Below, piece by piece: positions 37,190-46,300 of a DNA stretch of 60,858 bases (within the stretch, counting starts at the first letter, position 1; every line of letters starts with the position of its first letter). The notes beneath the pieces were generated by a model, which was not told where the DNA came from, made no database searches, and was given only the letters and a program-made list of their open reading frames with translations. The stretch comes from Euryarchaeota archaeon UBA125 (lineage in GTDB: Archaea > Thermoplasmatota > Poseidoniia > Poseidoniales > Thalassarchaeaceae), in contig DAPV01000022.1 of assembly GCA_002502625.1 (NCBI GenBank), forward strand, positions 1 to 60,858, given 5' to 3'. A program made the translations under genes and the position numbers.

Positions 37190-37978
37190 ATGTCAGTAAT
37201 TTCTTTAGATTGGAGCCCAGTTAATTGGGAGGATCCAAATGGAGGATTTGTTAGACTTTTACCCTTCTCTCCATTAGTTGATTTTTCAGAATCATTTGGA
37301 GAATGGCATGGTTTAGCTTTGATAGCATCATCTGAAGAACCACAGTTGTGGGATGAACAATATGAGGAAGATCAAGAATCACCTAATATTGTTCGAGATG
37401 CAATGATTGCTCAAATGGGCCATTCAGGAAGAATGGTCAAAGAGATGACATTTTTGGAACATGACTCCATAGGAAAATTCCCTGATCCGATACCGTTCAA
37501 AAGTTTTCAATCAGCAAAAAAATCAGAAAATCCAGTTTGGTTTCTAGAGCCAGATATGGATGATGAAAATTGGGTGAAATTAACTCTGGATGGGGTAGAT
37601 CAAAGAGCATCAATTTGGAATCTAATTCAAAGTATTGGTTCAGGAAGAAAAATGATGAAAATAGCTCGAACAATAGCAAAATCTACATCTCCTCATTCTG
37701 ATGATTTACAGATTCATATTGCTTCATCTCTTTCTGCTGCATGGTGGGTTATTGAAACAAATCACTTGACTGAAGACTTGCATATGAGAATAAATCATAG
37801 AATCGCATCTAGGATACGCGGTTCATTACGTAGTCTTTGTCAATCCCATAATGGACAGATTGATGTTGAGAAGTCTGCAGTGCTTCTTGTACCAGTCCCC
37901 TTGGTTCGGTTACAAGGAGTCCTCGCGGCTCTAGATGCCTTACCCGATACTGAAGAAATGAAACAGGAGGAAGAATAA
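37190..37978 (+). CDS. acidic cytoplasmic protein, unknown function
   Basis: Starts 7 nt after the giant gene's stop. Its stop overlaps the next ATG (TAATG). No motif recognised. Confidence 0.45.
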   Translation: MSVISLDWSPVNWEDPNGGFVRLLPFSPLVDFSESFGEWHGLALIASSEEPQLWDEQYEEDQESPNIVRDAMIAQMGHSGRMVKEMTFLEHDSIGKFPDPIPFKSFQSAKKSENPVWFLEPDMDDENWVKLTLDGVDQRASIWNLIQSIGSGRKMMKIARTIAKSTSPHSDDLQIHIASSLSAAWWVIETNHLTEDLHMRINHRIASRIRGSLRSLCQSHNGQIDVEKSAVLLVPVPLVRLQGVLAALDALPDTEEMKQEEE

Positions 37979-38502
37979 TGGCTAGACCCGAAATAGTTAT
38001 TGAAAATCAGGTATTCAGATTTATTACACCTGAGACCTTAGATTCTGACTATATTGTTAGTGAAATTGGAGCAGTCCGATCTGGTAGTTTACTAATCAAA
38101 CAGCTTAGAGACCCTCCGTATACTATTTTGATAGATGTGCCAAATAGTTCGATTACAATTCATGGATCAACCAAAGAGGTTCTCGCAAGAATGGCGGTAT
38201 CTGAATTATTACTCGGACTAGGTCTACCTGATTCTGGTCTAAAAACAGAAATTGGACCTGTCACCTCTTCGTGCTCTATGCCCTCATCTGTAGACATTGA
38301 CCGGGCTGCAGATGTTTTGTTATCTGCCAAAATTGAACAGAAGTTAGATGCCATTAAGATAGCAGATACTCGTCACGAAGTAGAAGTGTTGGTTTTCAGA
38401 AACGGTAGAACTGTAATTCTCGATGCAATTAGTCATCGAATTGCACAACGTGCCGCAGAATACTGGATAAAGAGATTCGAACGTCTTCGGCTCTTCAACT
38501 GA
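37978..38502 (+). CDS. highly divergent TBP-fold (two-repeat) protein
   Basis: 174 aa, the size of TBP. Two roughly 85-aa halves each start with a hydrophobic strand (VIENQVFRF / EIGPVTSSC). Each ends with a TBP-like strand-turn-strand-helix (YTILIDVPNSSITIHGSTKEVLARMAV / VEVLVFRNGRTVILDAISHRIAQRAA), compare LLIFSSGKxVxTGAKS....A. The DNA-intercalating Phe pairs are not conserved. Confidence 0.4.
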   Translation: MARPEIVIENQVFRFITPETLDSDYIVSEIGAVRSGSLLIKQLRDPPYTILIDVPNSSITIHGSTKEVLARMAVSELLLGLGLPDSGLKTEIGPVTSSCSMPSSVDIDRAADVLLSAKIEQKLDAIKIADTRHEVEVLVFRNGRTVILDAISHRIAQRAAEYWIKRFERLRLFN

Positions 38503-38511
38503 GGATGGATA

Positions 38512-39453
38512 ATGGAAGATATCATTCACCTTTGGGATGGAGAGAAATGGAATGGACCTATCACTGATGGCCATTTACATTTAGATAGAAAAGGCCGTTG
38601 TTTGGATGCAGCTATTGATTTCGAAAGTTCAGGAGGAACTAGACTAATTCTTGTTCATAAGCCGAATTTTTCGAAATTACCTGAAGATATAGATGATGTA
38701 TCTACTGCTTACTTGGAAACAATATCGATTGCAAATGAAGTAAGAACATCAACTAATATTCATGTTCAAGTGATTTTAGGACCTCATCCCGTAGTTTGGT
38801 CCCACCAAATTGAATCACTAGGAGAAAAAAGAGCAACTGAACTTCATATTGAATCTGTTGATTTGGCATTAAGATACTTTGAATCTGGAGATTGTGTAGG
38901 TATTGGAGAGATAGGTAGGCCTCATTTTCCAGTATCTTCTGAAGTTTGGGAATCTGCTAATAGAATGTTGGAAGAATTATTGACAAGATGTTCAAAGAAG
39001 AATGCTCCAGTTCAATTTCATGTTGAAGACAAAGGATCTTCTACATTCCAAGAATTGAGTCAAATTTGTTCTAAAGCAAATTATCCTAAGTCGATTGCTT
39101 TGAGACATTATGCTCCTGCGGATGTTTCCCCTTCTTTCACCTCAAAACTTCCTGTTACTGTGAGTATGGGTAGAGGTTCAGTACAGAAAATTGCTTCAAC
39201 AATAGATGTTAATTTATTGTTTAAAGGAGACCATCCTCCAGTACTTATGGAAACAGATTATCTTGATGATCCTAAACGTCCAGGAGCAGTTTTAGGTCCA
39301 CGAACTATTGCAAAGCGGACAAATGAACTTGGTAAATTACTTCAAATCCCTAAAGATGAGGGAGGTCAAGGTTGGAAACAAGAAGAAATATCTCAATTTC
39401 TATGGAAAATTCACCGTGTTTGGCCAGACATGCTGTACGGCGAATGTAGGTGA
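38512..39453 (+). CDS. TatD-related TIM-barrel metal-dependent hydrolase (COG1099-like)
   Basis: N-terminal DGHLHLD metal-ligand motif, later GEIGRPHF and HVED. Confidence 0.55.
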   Translation: MEDIIHLWDGEKWNGPITDGHLHLDRKGRCLDAAIDFESSGGTRLILVHKPNFSKLPEDIDDVSTAYLETISIANEVRTSTNIHVQVILGPHPVVWSHQIESLGEKRATELHIESVDLALRYFESGDCVGIGEIGRPHFPVSSEVWESANRMLEELLTRCSKKNAPVQFHVEDKGSSTFQELSQICSKANYPKSIALRHYAPADVSPSFTSKLPVTVSMGRGSVQKIASTIDVNLLFKGDHPPVLMETDYLDDPKRPGAVLGPRTIAKRTNELGKLLQIPKDEGGQGWKQEEISQFLWKIHRVWPDMLYGECR

Positions 39454-39531
39454 TTAACTACTCATTTTTCGGCAACGGTCATATGCGTCCAGTGGCCGAC
39501 TTAGAGAATCGAGGGGGGTTAGTTCGATTCC

Positions 39532-40323
39532 ATGTTGGAACTAGAAGGAAAGACCGCACTAATTTTTGGAGTTGCATCTGAAGACTCAATTGCATGGGCA
39601 ATTTGCCAACATTTGGCTAAAGCAGGATGTCGATTGATATTAGGTTATCAGCCAAGATATCGCAGTAGATTGTATCAACTCAAAGGGCAATTGGAATCGA
39701 TTGATGCCTTCTATCCTTGCGATGTAGCTACAGACGAACAAACAAAGGAATTTTTCGATGAATGGCAGAAAGAATCACCCGGTTCGAAAGCAGACATTAT
39801 TGTTCATGCAATCGGGTTTGCACCTAGAGAAACTTTCGATAGACACATGTTATTCAATGAGATGGAATCAATAGATTTGGCTATGAAGATTAGTGCACAT
39901 TCATTACAACGATTGATGAGACATTCTGTTCCTTACCTGAATGATGGATCATCTACAATTACTCTAACTTATGCTGCTAGCAGTCGTTATGTTCCTAATT
40001 ATGGAGTAATGAGTATAGCTAAAGCAGCATTAGAGTCATGGGTTAGAGAGTTAGCAGCACGTTTGGGGGAAAACGGACACCGTGTAAATGCAATTTCAGC
40101 AGGCCCAATCAAGACTCTTGCCGCAGGTGGAATTCCGGGATTTGATAGAATTCTAAATCATGTTGAACGAAATTCACCCTTACGAAGAAATACAACTCAA
40201 GATGATGTTGCAGGAGCAGCGGTTTGGCTTGCCAGCCCTCTAAGTGGAGCAGTTACAGGACAAATTTTGCACGTCGATTGTGGATATAGCATTACTATGG
40301 TCCCGGAGAGCATCAATGATTGA
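39532..40323 (+). CDS. fabI: enoyl-[acyl-carrier-protein] reductase (NADH), FabI type
   Basis: Collinear with bacterial FabI over its full length from memory: GKTALIFGVASEDSIAWAI, HAIGFAP, YGVMSIAKAALES (Tyr/Lys), RVNAISAGPIKTLAA and HVDCGYSI. Confidence 0.9.
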   Translation: MLELEGKTALIFGVASEDSIAWAICQHLAKAGCRLILGYQPRYRSRLYQLKGQLESIDAFYPCDVATDEQTKEFFDEWQKESPGSKADIIVHAIGFAPRETFDRHMLFNEMESIDLAMKISAHSLQRLMRHSVPYLNDGSSTITLTYAASSRYVPNYGVMSIAKAALESWVRELAARLGENGHRVNAISAGPIKTLAAGGIPGFDRILNHVERNSPLRRNTTQDDVAGAAVWLASPLSGAVTGQILHVDCGYSITMVPESIND

Positions 40324-40332
40324 GGTGAAGAA

Positions 40333-43300
40333 ATGCAACTGGATGAATCTCCTCAAGATCCTTTTGAACCAGTTGCAATTGTTGGGTTAGGTGCAATTCT
40401 TCCTGATTCGGATGATGCTGAAACGTTTTGGCAGAATGTGATTAATGCAAATGTGTCTATTGAAAATGTTCCCGAGGATAGATGGATTGTTTCAGATCAT
40501 TGGCAAGAAGGTGGCCCAAAGAATATTCCAGAAGGAAAGACGTATTCTAGAATTGGTGCATTCGTAAAAGATTTCGAATTTGATTGGAAACGTTGGCGTG
40601 TCCCTCCAGGAACATTATCTCAGATAGATCTTAGTCAACAGTGGGCAGTTGCAGTATCGGCTGCAGCTTTGGAAAATGCTGGATATCTTGGTGATGAGGC
40701 AGAAAGAGAAATTCCCAATTCAAGAACAGGAGTTGTATTTGCAAATGCTTTAGGGGGGGAGAATCGAAATTTATCCAATCATCGTGTTTGGGCGGATTCA
40801 TTTGCTAGAAAAGCCGTAGAAGCGGGAATGCCTGAAGATTCAGTTGATGTTTTCAAGGAATCAATAACAGAAGGATTACCTAGAGTAGATGAAGATACAA
40901 TGCCAGGGGAATTAGCAAATGTTGTAGCAGGAAGAGTTGCAAATTTACTTGATCTCCAAGGCCCAAATTATGCTACTGATGCAGCATGTGCTAGTACTTT
41001 TGCTGCTGTAATGGACGCTTGTCATCTACTTCAATCAAGACAGGTAGATCTGATGATTGCAGGCGCCTCTGATCGAACTATGGATCCCGCAACCTTTGCT
41101 AAATTCAGTGCAATAGGCGCACTTTCTCCCTCTCATTCAACTCCCTTTGATGCAAGTGCAAATGGATTTGTTATGGGGGAAGGAGCCACTGCATTTGTTC
41201 TCAAACGGTTGGATGATGCATTAGGTGATGATGATACAATTTATGCTGTAATTCGAGGTATAGGGGCAAGTAGTGATGGCCGTGGAAAAGGGATTACTGC
41301 ACCTAGTACTAGGGGGCAAATACAAGCATTATGCCGTGCTTATCAACAAGCGGGATATGGCCCAAATTCTGTGGAATTAATCGAAGCACATGGGACTAGT
41401 ACAGTCGTAGGAGATGCTACTGAACTTACTTCATTAGCAGAAATTTTTGGAGAAAAAACTCAAGTTGGTAGTGTTGCAGTTGGTTCAATTAAGAGTCAAA
41501 TTGGTCATTTAAAAGCAGCAGCAGGTGGAGCAGGTCTTCTCAAAGCAGTTTTTGCTTTGCATCATCGAACAATCCCTCCGTCTGCTGGTTTCTCTGAACC
41601 TAATCAGAGTCTTGATTGGCAAAAAATACCATTTTTTGTTCCTGTAGAACCTCTTGACTGGCCAAAACCGAAATCTCATCCAAGAAGAGCATCAGTTAGC
41701 GCCTTCGGTTTTGGCGGTACTAACTTCCATTGTGCTTTGGAACAATTTGATTCTGATTTCCATTCATCTTTAGTCTCTGAATGGAAATTACGTAGAGATG
41801 CATATTTGATGCGACCGAAAGCAGGATTTTCTGATAATGTACTAAACAGTGTATTGAAGAAATATGGTATTGAGGATAAAGAAGCATTTCTTAATCATGC
41901 GGCAAATTTCGATTCAGACGATAACGAATATTTGAATCGCAAGGAATTAACAGCAGCCGCAGATGCCTATTCGAAAAATGATTCAGGAATGGATTGGGGC
42001 GAACTTAAGAGTATAGAAGGGGGTTTACTTTTACTAAATGCAAAAGATAGTTCTTCTTTGATTGAATCTATTGCTTCTCTGAGTTCTGAATTTTTCGATG
42101 GCTCGTCGAATTTTGATTCAGATCCAAATGGAAAACGTCTTTCTTCCATACTTCCAAATATTTCTAAGAATTTTGAGGCAAAAGGAATACGTCTCGGAAT
42201 TGTAGCAAATTCATGGGAGATTTTGGAGAAAAGAATGAAGATGGCTTCCAGTTCTTTAGAGGATCCTTCAAAATGGGAATTTCTTGCTAAGCAATTCATT
42301 TTCATTTCTGATTCCCCTCCAAATCAAGACCAGTTGCTTGCACACATGTATCCTGGTCAAGGCAGTCAATATGTTGGAATGACGTATGATCTTTCCAAGA
42401 GATTCAGAATAATTAGTGAAACCTGGAAGGAAGCAGATATTGTGATGAATAAGATCATCGGGGAACCACTTTCTGAATTCGTTCTTCGTTCAAATTTGAC
42501 AGAAAATGAAAATGCAGAGGCAGAAGAGAAATTGAAGCAAACAGAATACACTCAACCTGCTATGTTAACAGCAGATCTTGCTATTGAACGATTATTGAAT
42601 CAACATGGGATTCACCCTGATATGGTTGCAGGACATAGTCTTGGAGAATATGCTGCGTTGATGGTATCGGGGATCTTACGCTTTGAGGATGCTCTCAAAG
42701 CTGCTGCTGCTAGAGGAACTGAGATGGGAAGCGTTGATGTCCCAGATAAGGGAATTATGGCTTCAATAACAGCACCGTATGATGTTATCGAATCGGTATT
42801 AGATTCTGTTGATGGATATGTGATTGCAGCGAATAAGAATTCTCCGAACATGACAGTGATAGCGGGGGAAACTGAACCGATGCGTGAAGCAATGAAGAAA
42901 TTCGAAGAAGGGGGAGCAACTGTAATTCAACTCCAGACAAGTCATGCATTTCATAGTCGAATAGTTGCTCCTGCGAACGAACCCCTCCGCCGATTCTTAG
43001 AAGGGTTAGAAATCTCTCTACCTTCAATTCCAGTAACTGCTAATGTGGACGGTTCATTCTATCCCGATTCAGTTAGTGAGGATGAAGAAGTTAAGGATGT
43101 AATACTCGAAAAGTTGGCTCCTCAGATGTCATCTGCCGTTGAATGGACATCTCAAGTAGAGTCTATGAGAGATGCTGGAGCAAAAATATACTTGGAAGTA
43201 GGCCCTAAACGCGCCCTCGCTCTATTTACAGGACAGATACTGGATGAACATGAATGCATAGTGAATATTACAAATCATCCTAAAGCCGGAGGCATTACTT

Positions 43301-46300
43301 CCTTCTTTGGAGCATTAGGAATGCTTGCAGTGGCAGGAAGATGTCCCGAAATTCATTCACTTTCTTCTGAAATTCATACTGCTGAATTTAGTGCTGGGCC
43401 AATCGAAACATCTCTACAAAATAATGTAGTAAGACATTCTTTAGAGGAAGAATCTCTACGAATCCGAGCACGTCCTCTTCCAAATGGTTCTGTTTCTACA
43501 TCAATTAAAAATTCAGAGTCGAATGTTAGTGTTTCTTCTTCTAATGTAATGGAAACAGAGTTTCAAGCAAGTCGTCGAATTTCTACATCGATTGCTGAAA
43601 TTTTTTCAGAACACGTTGGGTTCCCTTCCTCTGTTTTAATTGGAGCAGTTTCACTTAGTGAAATTGGTTTAAGTTCCGAAGCACGTTCTTCAATTGTAAA
43701 TGAAATTCAATCAAAATTTCAAGTTAGAACCTCTGATCATTCCTCTTTTACTACAATACAGGACTTTACTGATTGGATTGAAGTAATTCCTCAGATGAAA
43801 AGTTCAACTCTAGATTCTACTGTTTTAGAAAAAATATCTTCTGATCCCCCTGTAGTTTCAGGTGTTTCATTGGGCCTTCCAGGTCTTTCTGAAGTCTTTG
43901 ATTCTGAAGGATGGGATGCAATATTGAGTGGTAAAAATCTCATTTCTGAATTACCTGATGATATGAAAGAGAAATTACTCTCTAAACGAATAGTTCGGTT
44001 GGTAAAGGAAGAGGATGGAACTGCAAATCTTGTTCCTGCTGATTCAGTTGAAACAATTCCACAACTTGCTGGAAGAGGGGGTCATTTCGATCTTTCAGAA
44101 CAATATGGAATAGATCCACATTTAGTCGATGCTTTTGATATTGCAACCTCTCTTTCTTTTGCAGCTGGTTTAGAGGCACTTTCCGATGCGGGATTGCCTT
44201 TGATTCCAGTTGAACAGAAAAACAGTGCGGGCAAGAGAATGATTCGTCGTTGGTCTCTTCCAGATGAAGAAAAAGATCGAACTGGAGTTATTTTTGCATC
44301 AGTATTTCCCGGATTACAGAAAGCGATAGATCATGCTTTGAATAATGGACAAGTAAACAATGGTCATTTTGATCGTAAATATTTACTTCAAGTTCTTTCG
44401 ATGGGGCATAGTCAATTTGCGAATTGGATAGGTGCAAGAGGACCGAATTTAGCAATTAACAATGCTTGCGCATCTACTCCTGCAGCATTTGCCATAGCGG
44501 AAGATTGGATGGCAACGAATCGTTGTGACCGGGTGATTATTGTCAGTGGAGACGATTCTACAGGTGATACTCTGATGCCTTGGATTGGAGCTGGATTTGC
44601 AGCAGCAGGAGCACATGCAATGGGTAATGATGTGGAAAAAGTTGCATTGCCTTTCGATGCTCGACGTCATGGTATGCTATTGGGTATGGGTGGAGCAGCA
44701 TTTGTTTTAGAACGAAATAAAGATTCTAGAGAAAGAGGTGTAACTCCGTATGTAGAAGTATTGGGTGCTGAAATTGCGAATAGCGCCTTCCATCCTACAC
44801 GATTGGATACGGAACACGCAGCACAAGTCATGAACCGTTTTGTTTCAAGAATGGAAAATAAATGGAACTTGAAACGTGACTCTTTGGTAGATGATATGAC
44901 ATTTATGTCGCACGAACCTTATACTCCTCCAAGAGGAGGTTCAGCTTCAGCAGAAGTTTCTTCACTTCGAGCTGTTTTTGGTGATGGTGCTTCTAGAATT
45001 CTCATTACCAATGGGAAAGGATACACTGGCCATCCTATGGGAGTAGGTTTAGAGGATGCAATTGTAATCCGAGGACTTGCTGCAGGTCGCCTTCCTCCTA
45101 TTGCAAACTTTTCAGAGCCAGATCCTTCATTAGGAGAACTCAATCTTTGTACTGGCGGAGAACATAATCTAACCTATGCGCTTCGACATGGTGCGGGTTT
45201 TGGTAGTCAGATTGCTCTGACATTCCTTCGAAGGATTGCTTTATCAGATACTGCAAGATTTACTCCCGGAAAAATCGAATCTTGGGTCAAACGTCATACT
45301 GGTTCATCATCAATTCATCTCCGATTACTTGATAGAAAATTAGTGGCATATCTTGATCCTGATGAAGACCTAATTGGAGGCGTCGAAGGAGATGAAATAC
45401 ATCTTGAATCTAATATTGAATATGAAGAAAAGCCTGTTAAGATAACTGAAACATTTGTAACTCAAATTGATGATACTTCAGTTTCAGAAGTTCAGCCTGA
45501 AAAGTCTGATTCTGAACCAATTTCTACCTCTGAAAACATAGTTGATTCAGATATTGAAGCAAGTGTTTTGGATGTAGTGGCAGAAGCAACAGGTTACCCA
45601 TCTGAATTCCTAGAATTAGATGCTGATATGGAAGGTGAATTGGGCATCGATTCGATTAAACAAGCGGAAATTATGGCAGAACTCAGAGGGAGATATGGTC
45701 TTCCAGTTGATGATTCATTCCAATTAAGGGAGTATCCAACATTAGGTCATGTAATCGGATATATTTCGTCATTTGGTGATGCATCTACTCATGTTGTCCA
45801 ATCAAAATTGGCTGAACTAGAGTCTGAACCACCACCTCTTGATAATCCAGTAGTTGAGTCAACAAACGATGAAGAGAAGATTTCTCAAATTTCTGAATCA
45901 GTAGTTGAGGGCGTAGTTTCGGTAGTCGTCGAACATACAGGATATCCTGCTGAATTCCTTGAAATGGATGCAGATATGGAAGGTGAATTAGGTATCGATT
46001 CAATCAAACAGGCCGAAATAATGGCAGATCTTAGAGAACAATTTGGTATTCCAGTAGACGAAGAATTCCAATTAAGAGATTATCCAACATTAGGGCATGT
46101 GATTTCGTATATAGCCTCCTTTTCTCAATCGGATGAACAGTTAGAAACAGTTGTTGAACCAATATCGATAGAACACGAATTGGAGCCAGAGCCTTCCATA
46201 GTGTCCTCAATTTCGCAACGTGGAATTGAAACTAAACAATTTGACATTCAATCTAAACGATATCAGATTGAAGTTGAGCAATGTGAATGGTCCACATCCG

